Source: an uncultured SAR86 cluster bacterium (lineage in GTDB: Bacteria > Pseudomonadota > Gammaproteobacteria > Magnimaribacterales > D2472). Taken from it: 64,000 nucleotides of DNA. The stretch is from the NCBI GenBank assembly GCA_902557645.1, contig CACEAP010000004.1, positions 11,803 to 75,802 of the forward strand. The letters are read 5' to 3'. The position numbers and the translations under genes are program-made. The notes beneath the pieces are model-generated. The model worked only from the letters and a program-made list of their open reading frames with translations, was not told the origin of the DNA and searched no databases. Within the stretch, counting starts at the first letter, position 1. Each line of letters opens with the position of its first letter. This document shows positions 18,327-27,380 of this stretch, piece by piece.

Positions 18327-19274
18327 TTATTGTGAAACTTCTTCAACAAAATTATTAATAATGATATCTATCTCATTTTTATGGGTTGATAGCATATAGT
18401 GATCTGCACCTTTGATGATATGTAATTTTGAGTTTGGTATAAATTTATCTAAATATTCAGCCTGCTCAAGATCTACATTAATATCCTCATCGCCATGAAT
18501 AATAATTGTTGGAACTTTAATAGTAGATAAAGGAAGGTTAAGGTTAGAAAATTGCTCATAATCATTGTAAAAACCATCACGCCTTTTACTAAATGGCCAA
18601 ATAGTCCAGATAAGATCTTTTATTGACTGTATATTTTTAGGATCAGCAAGTAGTCTTACTTGATTATCTTTACTAGGAAGTAAAAACTCTGCTAAAGCTT
18701 CATCACCAAATATACTAAGCATTAAAAATGAGAACATGGTATCCCTATCTGAAAATTCTAAACCTGTTGCATCCTCTTCACTTAAATCTTCAGAAAAGCT
18801 TACTGCCTCTAAAGCAATTAAGCCTAATGTTTTATCGGGATATGCTGCAGCAAATTCAATTGCGCTCGGCCCTCCTCCGGAAACACCTACTACAATTACT
18901 TTATCAATATTCAAACCATCTAGTAATACTCTAAAAGCTGCTGCTTGTTCAAATGGTGTTGTTCCTACTGAAATTGGAGTTCTTAAGTACCCAGGTCTAG
19001 AGGGTGTTAAAACTTTATACCTATTTGTAGGCTCTATACTTTGATCATGGCCACCAGGGGTCCCATGCGTTAACAGAATAACTGGGCCTTTATCACCCCT
19101 TAATTTATATTCAATTGGGCCAAGTGATGATTCAAAAATTTTAGATTCATTATTAAGATTATTTAAAAAAATAACTTTAAAAATAAAAGGAAAAACAAAA
19201 TAAATTACAACTATAAAGATTAATAGAATGAGAAATATTTTTTTTATAATATTTATCCTGCTACCTCTTTCCAT
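18327..19274 (-). CDS. membrane-anchored alpha/beta hydrolase
   Basis: N-terminal TM (IFLILLIFIVVIYFVFPFIF), HGTPGG, nucleophile elbow GVSGGG, and C-terminal HGDED...ADH. Its stop lies 1 nt from the 3' end of tRNA-Ser (convergent). Confidence 0.85.
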   Translation of the reverse strand: MERGSRINIIKKIFLILLIFIVVIYFVFPFIFKVIFLNNLNNESKIFESSLGPIEYKLRGDKGPVILLTHGTPGGHDQSIEPTNRYKVLTPSRPGYLRTPISVGTTPFEQAAAFRVLLDGLNIDKVIVVGVSGGGPSAIEFAAAYPDKTLGLIALEAVSFSEDLSEEDATGLEFSDRDTMFSFLMLSIFGDEALAEFLLPSKDNQVRLLADPKNIQSIKDLIWTIWPFSKRRDGFYNDYEQFSNLNLPLSTIKVPTIIIHGDEDINVDLEQAEYLDKFIPNSKLHIIKGADHYMLSTHKNEIDIIINNFVEEVSQ

Positions 19275-20341
19275 ATAAATAATTTAGTTGATATTAATGT
19301 ACCAATAATAACCCATATTCCTATTCCAAAAATATCTGAATATACTTGAAATATCGTTAAGCCATCGCTAGCAATTGCTCTCATAGCATCTGCAACTAAT
19401 GTTAAAGGTAATAGTTGTGCTAAAGGTTGTATAAATTCAGGTAAGGTTTCTAATGGGAAAAATACACCAGACATTACCAATTGTGGATATATAAATATAC
19501 TTGCTAATATGCCAACGGTTTCCTGGGTTTTGGCAAGACTACCAATAGAAAAGCCTAATGTTAAAAACATTAGTACGCCAAGTATAATCACAAGATACAA
19601 ATGTAAAATATTGCCAGTTATATTTGCATCTAATAAAAGGTAAGCGAATCCAAAAATAGCTGTAAGTTGTCCCAGCACAATCACCATTCTTGCAATAACT
19701 ATAGCGCTAACGAAATCTATAGGCTTGATTGGGGTTACAAATAAGCGCTTTAAAATACCTCTTCTTCTAAATTCAACTACATTAAATCCACTTCCTGCAA
19801 TACTTAAATTCATCAGCATAAAAGCCATAATTCCAGGCAGCAAAAAATCCAAGTATCCCTGTGATCTAGATTTAACATCCTCAATTGATAAATCAAACAT
19901 TGCTTGTTCTTGAGTTATCTCTCTTTCAATACTTAATAAAGTTTGGTTCAAGACTGGTTGTATAGTTTGAATGAATTGTATTTGTGACTTATCAACTAAT
20001 AATTTTATAGTGTTAGTCTTATTAGATGAATTCATGGTATTAGGTATGACCAAAATCATCATAATATCCCCATTGATAAGCTTTTCTTTAAGAGCTTCTT
20101 CATTACCCTCAATAACATTAAATAAATTATTACTTGAGAGTTTATTAGAAAAACTTGCAGATAAATCAGAGGATGATTTATCAACCAAGCCAATATCGAT
20201 TGGATCAACCTCACCATCATTGAGACCAACTATACCTAAAATAACAATAGGCAATAAAAGACTAAAAATAATATATTGCCGATTCCTTAAAAAAATTTGG
20301 ATAAAAACTTTTGTTAAATATGCTCTTGGGCTTGTAAACAT
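19253..20341 (-). CDS. ABC-2 type transporter permease
   Basis: 362 aa with an N-terminal TM, a large extracytoplasmic loop and five C-terminal TM segments. Directly follows the ATPase gene with a 1-nt gap. Confidence 0.85.
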   Translation of the reverse strand: MFTSPRAYLTKVFIQIFLRNRQYIIFSLLLPIVILGIVGLNDGEVDPIDIGLVDKSSSDLSASFSNKLSSNNLFNVIEGNEEALKEKLINGDIMMILVIPNTMNSSNKTNTIKLLVDKSQIQFIQTIQPVLNQTLLSIEREITQEQAMFDLSIEDVKSRSQGYLDFLLPGIMAFMLMNLSIAGSGFNVVEFRRRGILKRLFVTPIKPIDFVSAIVIARMVIVLGQLTAIFGFAYLLLDANITGNILHLYLVIILGVLMFLTLGFSIGSLAKTQETVGILASIFIYPQLVMSGVFFPLETLPEFIQPLAQLLPLTLVADAMRAIASDGLTIFQVYSDIFGIGIWVIIGTLISTKLFIWKEVAG

Positions 20342-20342
20342 T

Positions 20343-21104
20343 TTAATCTCTTAATCCGTGACCAGTTAAAGCAATAAAAACATCTTCCATATTACCCTGC
20401 ACTACTTCTTTTACTTTTTCTGGAGCATGTTTAAGAATTAAATTTTTTGGGGTATCTTCTGCAATTACTTTTCCATAATCCATAATCGCAATCCTATGAC
20501 ATAAGTATTCAGCTTCCTCCATATTATGGGTCGTTAAAACAATAGTGGTTCCAGCTTTATTTAGATCCGATATTAAATCCCATAGACTACGCTTTGCTTG
20601 TGGGTCTAATCCAGTAGTAGGTTCATCCAAAAAAAGGACTAAGGGATCATTTACTAACGCACATGCAATTGAAAATCTTTGTTTTTGGCCGCCAGACAAT
20701 TCATTTGCATTTGCCAATGCTTTATCTGCTAAATTAACCTTTTTTAAAAGACTTATAGGATCATTCTTTTTGTTATAGAGTGCGCTAAAAAGATTTAATA
20801 ATTCAGCTAGATTCATATTATCAAAGAATTCATTTGCTTGAAGTTGAACTCCTATAATTTCTTTGACCTTATATGGATTTCCTTTTACATCAATTTTGTT
20901 GATAAAAGCCGATCCTTTATCAATATCTTTTAGACCTTCTAACATTTCAAGCGTGGTAGTTTTTCCAGCTCCATTAGGACCAAGGATGCCATATATTTCT
21001 CCTGATCTTATTGATAGAGAAATATCATCAACAGCATTAAATGTTTTTGATTTATCTTTTGGATCCTCATAACTTTTTACGAGATTTGAGGCATTGATTA
21101 TCAT
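20343..21104 (-). CDS. ABC transporter ATP-binding protein
   Basis: Walker A GPNGAGKTT, signature LSGGQKQR, Walker B LFLDEPTTGLD, H-loop TTHNM. Confidence 0.95.
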   Translation of the reverse strand: MIINASNLVKSYEDPKDKSKTFNAVDDISLSIRSGEIYGILGPNGAGKTTTLEMLEGLKDIDKGSAFINKIDVKGNPYKVKEIIGVQLQANEFFDNMNLAELLNLFSALYNKKNDPISLLKKVNLADKALANANELSGGQKQRFSIACALVNDPLVLFLDEPTTGLDPQAKRSLWDLISDLNKAGTTIVLTTHNMEEAEYLCHRIAIMDYGKVIAEDTPKNLILKHAPEKVKEVVQGNMEDVFIALTGHGLRD

Positions 21105-21223
21105 TAATTAATAATTTTTTAATTTAAAGCAAAAAAAATAACAATAACGCAAATTGTTAATACTAGTAGTAAGTTATTATCAAAAAATTTAATTAAGTTT
21201 TTAAGTGTAGGCATCTATATTAT

Positions 21224-22546
21224 TTAGTTACTAATTCCTGAATATAACAATGCTCTTAATTCTTCTCTTAAAGGATATTTATTTGAAGGCATGTATTGTG
21301 TCATTAAAACTGCTGTGATGTTCTTTTCCTGATCAATCCAAAAAGTTGTACTAGCTGCACCACCCCAAAAAAATTCACCATCTGAACCATAAACGCCAGC
21401 TTGACCAGCATCCTCAACAACTCCAACAGTAAGACCAAATCCAAGTCCTGAGACACCAAAAGAAACTGCTTCAGATCTATCTAAGTCAAGATGATTTCTA
21501 GACATTAATTCTACTGATGCTTCACTTAGAATTCTTACGCCATTAAGTTCACCATTATTTAAAAGCATTTCAGAAAATAAACTATAGTCATCAATAGAAG
21601 AAACTAATCCAGAGCCACCATCATACAAACTACTTGAATCTTTTAAGTACGGAGATTTATTAAAAGGGTCAATAGATCTTAAGCTTTTTGAAAATTCTAC
21701 GTCTGCATAATTTGCACCAATTTGACCTACTGGCTCCCCATCTCTTCTATACATGCCTGAGGTGTATAAGGTTGTAAAAGAAGCCTTTTCAGAAGGTTTC
21801 ACAGAAAAACCCGTACTATTCATATTTAAAGGTTTAAATATATTTTTTTCTAAATAATCTGCAAATGACATACCGGTAATAACTTCAACAACACAACCTA
21901 AAACATCCATATTGATACCATATGACCATTTTTCACCTGGATTATGAAGTAAAGGTGCTGATGCTGCTAAAGCTGCAAATTGACAGGTATCACCAGGGAA
22001 TTTTGAAATCTCTGAATCAAGAGCGCCAAAAAAATATGGACGTATATTAAATTTCCTGTACATCTGATGCACTGGTCCCTCACCTGCCCAGCTATAAGTT
22101 AATCCACTTGTATGAGTTAATAAGTCTCTAATAGTTACTTCACGCTTTGGTTTAACAACATAATCATCAAAATCTAAATTAAGAACTTTAGTTTGTTTAA
22201 ATGCAGGAATATATTCTGAGACCTTATCATTTAATCGTAATTTACCAGTTTCAATTAATTGCATAATAGCAACACCTGTAACTGGTTTAGTCATAGAATA
22301 AATTCTATATATAGTATTTTTATCTGCAGGTTTTTTAGAAGCCACATCAGCATAACCGTATACATGTCTAAAGATTTCATTATTATCTTGTTTAACTAAA
22401 ATAGATACATTCGGTATCTTTCCTTCATCAACATAAGAATTAAAATGATCAACTATTCTTTGTTGATCATTATCATCAAGTGATAAAGCTGATAATGATG
22501 TTGAAATTAAAAATGTACCTAGCACTAAAACCTGTATAACTCGCAT
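21224..22546 (-). CDS. secreted serine hydrolase, beta-lactamase/esterase (class C-like) family
   Basis: Signal peptide, an SxxK motif (YSMTKP), and LLTHTSGL typical of the family. Confidence 0.85.
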   Translation of the reverse strand: MRVIQVLVLGTFLISTSLSALSLDDNDQQRIVDHFNSYVDEGKIPNVSILVKQDNNEIFRHVYGYADVASKKPADKNTIYRIYSMTKPVTGVAIMQLIETGKLRLNDKVSEYIPAFKQTKVLNLDFDDYVVKPKREVTIRDLLTHTSGLTYSWAGEGPVHQMYRKFNIRPYFFGALDSEISKFPGDTCQFAALAASAPLLHNPGEKWSYGINMDVLGCVVEVITGMSFADYLEKNIFKPLNMNSTGFSVKPSEKASFTTLYTSGMYRRDGEPVGQIGANYADVEFSKSLRSIDPFNKSPYLKDSSSLYDGGSGLVSSIDDYSLFSEMLLNNGELNGVRILSEASVELMSRNHLDLDRSEAVSFGVSGLGFGLTVGVVEDAGQAGVYGSDGEFFWGGAASTTFWIDQEKNITAVLMTQYMPSNKYPLREELRALLYSGISN

Positions 22547-22633
22547 CTTTTCCTCTCTTTATTTTTGTTTATTGTTAATTGTAAGATAAAGCTTCTAAAA
22601 ATTTTAGTTATTTAACTAAAAAGAACAAAAAAG

Positions 22634-24595
22634 CTAATGTTTTAAATTCTTTGCAAGATCACCTAAGTATGGTTCGAAATTCTTCCAGTAATCTAACCCT
22701 TCTTTATAAATTGGCTGCCTTACCTGTTCTGCGCTTGGAGTTTTAACTGCTCTTTTTGATTTATAGAACTCAATGCAGTTTTGTTCAAAAGGTAATTCAC
22801 AATAATCTAGTATTCTTCTAACTTGATTATCAAGATCAGCAACTAAATCTTCATATTGAACTGATAATATTTTATTTGGCAACACTTTATTCCAATGATC
22901 CATTAATTCAACATAATCATTATAGTAAGAAGCTAAATCTTCAAGACCATAAGTAAATTCCTGACCTTCAGCAAATAATTGCTTGTAACATGAAAAACAA
23001 CCAGCCATTGAGTTCCTTCTTATATCAATAATTTTTGCATTTGGCAGTATTAAATGTATTAAGCCAATATGCCTAAAATTGTTTGGCATCTTATCTATAA
23101 AATAGGGTTTATCAGTTCTAAAAACCTCAGAATCATTTATATAATTCTCTCCAATTACTTTTAATTGCGGCTCAGATAAACTTAAAAGAATATCTGGATA
23201 TCTTGACTCTTCATCTTGAGCTTTTCTAAGGTTAAGCTTGTGCGCTATTGCTAAAATATTAGGAAGTTCATGTGTACCCTCAACCATAGAATGAGACGCT
23301 AAGATTTGCTCTGTTAAAGTTGATCCAGCACGTGGAAGTCCTAAAATAAAGATTGGATCTTTTGCATCACAACCCCAGTCTTTTTTTATAGAAAATAAAT
23401 CTTCGGTACAAACACTTATTTGATTTTTACATTCTTCTGAAAAATTTTTATTACTATAGGAAGAATTTGATTTTTGATACTCATTACCAGATTTATAAAA
23501 ATTAAATGACTCCTTGTATTTACCCATATCCTCATATGCTTTGCCTAAAGAAAAATACATAAAGACCTTTTCTTCATCTGGAACAAATTCGTCATTAACC
23601 ATCTCTTGTAAAGATTTAATTTGCTTTTCATCAAATTTATATGTTTTAAGATTAGCAAGACTCCAGTATGCGTCACCAAAATATTTATCCATGCTAAAAG
23701 CGCTGGTGTAAGACTCTATAGATTTTTCTATTTGGCCATCAGTTTTATATAAATGACCCATGGTTAACATAACATCAGTATTTCTAGGCTCTATTTCAAG
23801 AACTGTCTCAAATAAATTAATAGATTCATCATATATATCTGCTCTAAATAAAGTTGTAGCATAAAGCTTCATAGCGACAAGCTCTTCTGGATTAGTTTCA
23901 TAAAGCTCTTTGGCTGTTTTTAGTGCAAGTCCGTACTTTTGCCTTCTTAATAAAGTTGTAATGTAGTCATGCTTGACCTTGATATTATTAGGGTCAAAAA
24001 CTAAACAACTTTCTAGTAGAAATTCTGCATCTTCAAAAATATATAACTCTAGGGCAATTTTTGCTAATAAGCGCATTGCTTCAACATCATGAGGTTTGCG
24101 TTGTAAATAATCTCTACAGATATGATCTGCTTTAGCTAATTTTCCCTCATTGGTATAACTTAAAACAGTTTTAAGTTCAGGTGGAAGATTTTTTAGGTAA
24201 TAGATATTTTCATCACACATATCTAAAAGCTTTTCATTGCCATCAGCTAACTTAATAATGGATAGCCATGAAGCATGTAATGAGTCATTTAATCTAACAG
24301 CTCTTAAAAATGCTCTCAGAGCTTTCTTTTCATCTTTTTTAATAGAATAAATATAACCAAGCTCTTGATAAGCTCTAGCATAATTTGGAAAGAATTTAAT
24401 AAGCTCGTTTAAGGCTAGATGAGCATTAGTATTATCTTTTAAGTATCTATAACAAACGGCTTTAAAATAATAAAAATCTCTTTTGCTTACTTGTACATCT
24501 TTTTTATCAAGCGCATGAAGAGCTTCTTTGAATTGCCCACCTGCTACAAGATTTTGTATTTCGGTAGTAGTTACTGTTGAAATATTTTCCGACAA
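22634..24595 (-). CDS. TPR-repeat sulfotransferase family protein (copy A)
   Basis: About 400 aa of TPR-like repeats, then a sulfotransferase domain. The domain has the 5'-PSB-like GLPRAGSTLTEQIL, a 3'-PB-like IDIRRNSMAGCFSCYKQ, and C-terminal KTPSAEQVRQPIYKEGLDYWKNF. TTG start with AAGGA upstream. No signal peptide. Confidence 0.85.
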   Translation of the reverse strand: MSENISTVTTTEIQNLVAGGQFKEALHALDKKDVQVSKRDFYYFKAVCYRYLKDNTNAHLALNELIKFFPNYARAYQELGYIYSIKKDEKKALRAFLRAVRLNDSLHASWLSIIKLADGNEKLLDMCDENIYYLKNLPPELKTVLSYTNEGKLAKADHICRDYLQRKPHDVEAMRLLAKIALELYIFEDAEFLLESCLVFDPNNIKVKHDYITTLLRRQKYGLALKTAKELYETNPEELVAMKLYATTLFRADIYDESINLFETVLEIEPRNTDVMLTMGHLYKTDGQIEKSIESYTSAFSMDKYFGDAYWSLANLKTYKFDEKQIKSLQEMVNDEFVPDEEKVFMYFSLGKAYEDMGKYKESFNFYKSGNEYQKSNSSYSNKNFSEECKNQISVCTEDLFSIKKDWGCDAKDPIFILGLPRAGSTLTEQILASHSMVEGTHELPNILAIAHKLNLRKAQDEESRYPDILLSLSEPQLKVIGENYINDSEVFRTDKPYFIDKMPNNFRHIGLIHLILPNAKIIDIRRNSMAGCFSCYKQLFAEGQEFTYGLEDLASYYNDYVELMDHWNKVLPNKILSVQYEDLVADLDNQVRRILDYCELPFEQNCIEFYKSKRAVKTPSAEQVRQPIYKEGLDYWKNFEPYLGDLAKNLKH

Positions 24596-24627
24596 AGTTT
24601 AATCCTTTTATTATCAATTGATAATAT

Positions 24628-24656
24628 AAAAAAAAGGGTGCTAATGCACCCTTTTT
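24628..24656 (-). terminator. rho-independent terminator after TBDR 24670..27117
   Basis: Stem GGGTGC/GCACCC with loop TAAT, flanked by A8 and T5. This gives a T8 run after the hairpin on the minus strand. Confidence 0.65.
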
Positions 24657-24669
24657 AAATTTTAGTCTA

Positions 24670-27117
24670 TTAGAATTTTAATGAGACTCTTAAGCCCATA
24701 TTTCTAGGACGATTGGTTGATATTCTTGGAATATCATCCTGATCATTGAAATATAATTGAGCTCTTTCATCAGTTAGGTTTCTAATAAAGAATTCCCAAT
24801 CTGCTCCGTTCATCTCAAATCCATAAGCAAAATCAACAATTCGATATGCATCTTGTTCATATCGCTTGTCAGCTTCTAATGAGCTGTATGACTCGCCTGC
24901 ACTTTTAATTGCAAACTGCGCATATGCTGGATTACCCATAAATTCAGAATCACGTCTTGCTCTAACATTCCACTGTAAGTCAGGCGCTAATGGTAATGCG
25001 CTTCCTACAGGAGCAATTTCAACGATCTGAGCTTTAAGTCTAGTAACTTCAGTATCATTTGAAGAAAGAGCTGCTTGCACAGTCCATTTTTCATTTTCAG
25101 GATACCAAAGAATATCAGCCTCTATACCACTCACATCAGCATCAGCTGCATTCTCGATAAAGGTTAGGATAGACACGTTAACAGGATCAAATCTTGATAC
25201 CTGAATATCAGTCCACTCAACGTTATACCATGTAGCATTAAGTCTTAATGATCCATCCATTAACATTGTCTTAAGACCTATTTCAGTATTAACAGTATCG
25301 TCAGATCCATATGTTAAAGGTGGAGACTGGAAGTCAGGGTTAGCAGGTGCTAGTAAACCACCTCTATTCCATCCACCAGGTCTAAAGCCTTCAGATCGTG
25401 TAAAGTACCATAAAGTATCATCATCTGGCTTATAGCTAGCTGTGAATTTAGTAACAGTATCACTCTGATTAAGAAGATCAGTTCCATGAACTCCAGCATC
25501 ATAATCTCTTCCATTAGATACATTTGATCCTCTATAACCAAATTTAGATTGGCCTCTAAAGTCAATATCCATATCATACTTTCGCATTCCAACCATGAAA
25601 TCTAGTTTGTCAGTAACTGGGAAAGTAACTTCACCAAAGAATGAAGTTTGTTCTTCAGTTCTAAGGATGTCGTTATAGAACCTCGTAGTAATTGGTCTAC
25701 ATGAAGGATCTCGAGCCCAAGCTCCTGGAATAGGACAGTTAACTTGATATGGAGCATATGAATCTCCACCCTCAGGTGAAGCAGCACCATTATAGTTATA
25801 CTCGTTAATAGTTTTTAGAATACTTTCATCGATGAAGACACCAGCAGTGTATGAGAAAGGAAGCTCACTCATTTCATTTGAAGCAATTCTAAATTCATGT
25901 GTAGTTCTCTCATTCTGATCATCTAGAACAACTAACACATCAGCATTACCACAAGCACTATATGAAGGTGATGTGGCTGAAGCATAATTACAGATGTAAT
26001 AAGGCAACCAGTTACCAACATTTCCATATCCACTGTAGTCAACAAGTTGATTTACCTGTCTATCTAGATATGAACCTGTATATAGAACATCTAAAGTTCC
26101 CATTCTTCCTTCTAAAGTCATAGAAGTTTGGGTGAAAGCATCCTCTAATGTATCAGGCTGGAATCTTTTAACCTCAAGATCTCCAACTGCTGGATCATAA
26201 TCAAATACACCATCAGCATTAATTTCTTGATCAATATGAGTAATAAGAAGATCCCAATTATCATTTAAAGTCATTGCAGATGACAATCTGAAACCTTGAT
26301 ATGAAGAGTCATTAAAATCATCTTCAACCAAAGATGCATTATCAATTTCTGTATAAGTTGTGTCTGGTCCAGGATATGAAGGACTCATTGGTGACAATGA
26401 AAGTGTTCCAGGAACATTATCAATATAACCACCTAAATCAGATCTATAGAATACACCTCTAACAGCCCAAACATCATCAATCATTGGAATATTCACAAAA
26501 GCATCAAAGGAATTCGATGCTGATCCTTCAGATGTTCCAAAAATGCTAGCATTAATACCAGCCTCTGATTCGTTATATTTTGGCTTATTAGTTATAAGTC
26601 TTACTGTGCCAGCTTGAGAACTTGCTCCGTAAAGTGTTCCTTGTGGTCCAGGCAGTACTTCGATACGCTCCATATCTGCAACGTAAATATCTAAGTTTCT
26701 TCCTGGAACGGTGACTGGCTGTTCATCTAAATATAAAGCTACGTTAGGAGTGGATCCCTGAGCAGCAGATAAGAATACATTAACTGGATCTACAGCCATG
26801 CCTCTTATATATATTGTTGATTGACCAGGTCCTCGACCACCATTTGTAACATTTGGTAAATATTCAATATATTCATCAAAGTTAGAGACATTCATCTCAT
26901 CAAGATCATCTCCGGTCAGCGCAGTAACAGTAACTGGAACATCAGAAGCATTTTCTTCCTTCTTTTGTGCAGAAACCACGATTTCTTCAATAACACGCTC
27001 TTGAGAAAAACCTGTCTGCGGCATTACTGCTGCAACTGTTCCAAGTACCCCTAAAGCTACGTTAGTTTTCATATTTGAAATATACTCTTTCGAATATAAG
27101 TCGGTTATATTTTTCAT
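24670..27117 (-). CDS. TonB-dependent receptor (copy A of the module)
   Basis: TonB-box/plug region EEIVVSAQKKEE, IEVLPGPQGTLYGASSQAGTVRLITNKP, YLDEQPV, and a C-terminal beta-barrel ending ...GLRVSLKF (terminal Phe). Strong SD AAGGGAG lies before the ATG at 27117. Confidence 0.9.
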   Translation of the reverse strand: MKNITDLYSKEYISNMKTNVALGVLGTVAAVMPQTGFSQERVIEEIVVSAQKKEENASDVPVTVTALTGDDLDEMNVSNFDEYIEYLPNVTNGGRGPGQSTIYIRGMAVDPVNVFLSAAQGSTPNVALYLDEQPVTVPGRNLDIYVADMERIEVLPGPQGTLYGASSQAGTVRLITNKPKYNESEAGINASIFGTSEGSASNSFDAFVNIPMIDDVWAVRGVFYRSDLGGYIDNVPGTLSLSPMSPSYPGPDTTYTEIDNASLVEDDFNDSSYQGFRLSSAMTLNDNWDLLITHIDQEINADGVFDYDPAVGDLEVKRFQPDTLEDAFTQTSMTLEGRMGTLDVLYTGSYLDRQVNQLVDYSGYGNVGNWLPYYICNYASATSPSYSACGNADVLVVLDDQNERTTHEFRIASNEMSELPFSYTAGVFIDESILKTINEYNYNGAASPEGGDSYAPYQVNCPIPGAWARDPSCRPITTRFYNDILRTEEQTSFFGEVTFPVTDKLDFMVGMRKYDMDIDFRGQSKFGYRGSNVSNGRDYDAGVHGTDLLNQSDTVTKFTASYKPDDDTLWYFTRSEGFRPGGWNRGGLLAPANPDFQSPPLTYGSDDTVNTEIGLKTMLMDGSLRLNATWYNVEWTDIQVSRFDPVNVSILTFIENAADADVSGIEADILWYPENEKWTVQAALSSNDTEVTRLKAQIVEIAPVGSALPLAPDLQWNVRARRDSEFMGNPAYAQFAIKSAGESYSSLEADKRYEQDAYRIVDFAYGFEMNGADWEFFIRNLTDERAQLYFNDQDDIPRISTNRPRNMGLRVSLKF

Positions 27118-27168
27118 ATCAGCTCCCTTTAGGAAATTACTAATTTGTAAATAAGATCGACTTTTTAA

Positions 27169-27188
27169 ATCTAGGTTTAAACCTAGAT
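27169..27188. repeat. perfect 20-bp palindrome ATCTAGGTTTAAACCTAGAT in the TBDR/BCCT divergent intergenic region (candidate operator or leader hairpin)
   Basis: Read directly: 10+10 nt with no spacer and no mismatch, 52 nt upstream of the TBDR start codon. Confidence 0.5.
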
Positions 27189-27380
27189 ACCCCCCTGGGA
27201 AGTTTAGCTTGTTTATAGACTAGCAATTTCATTAAATTAGTCTTGAAACGACTATAACATTCAATAAAATTAATTCAAGTTTTTACATATAATCAATAAA
27301 TGTAAAAAATGCATATTTTTTTCATAATTTTCACTAAATTAGTTATAGTGAATGCACTCTTTTATTAAATAGATAACAAA

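Noticed and set aside
18160-21223. Genomic island or prophage integrated at tRNA-Ser
   Set aside because: There is no integrase, excisionase, transposase or phage structural gene, and no repeat of the tRNA 3' end in the window. The flanking genes look like ordinary metabolic and transport genes.
22602-22621. AT-only hairpin TTTTAGTT/AACTAAAA after the copy-A sulfotransferase as a terminator
   Set aside because: The stem is 8 bp but purely A/T plus one G-C pair, so it is very weak. It could function with the following T-run, but the sequence alone is not convincing enough to list as a feature.
24670-27117. FecA-type transducer TBDR with ECF sigma/anti-sigma signalling
   Set aside because: The N-terminal extensions are only 15-31 aa and precede the signal peptide, rather than forming an ~80-aa periplasmic STN domain. 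No sigma or anti-sigma genes are nearby.
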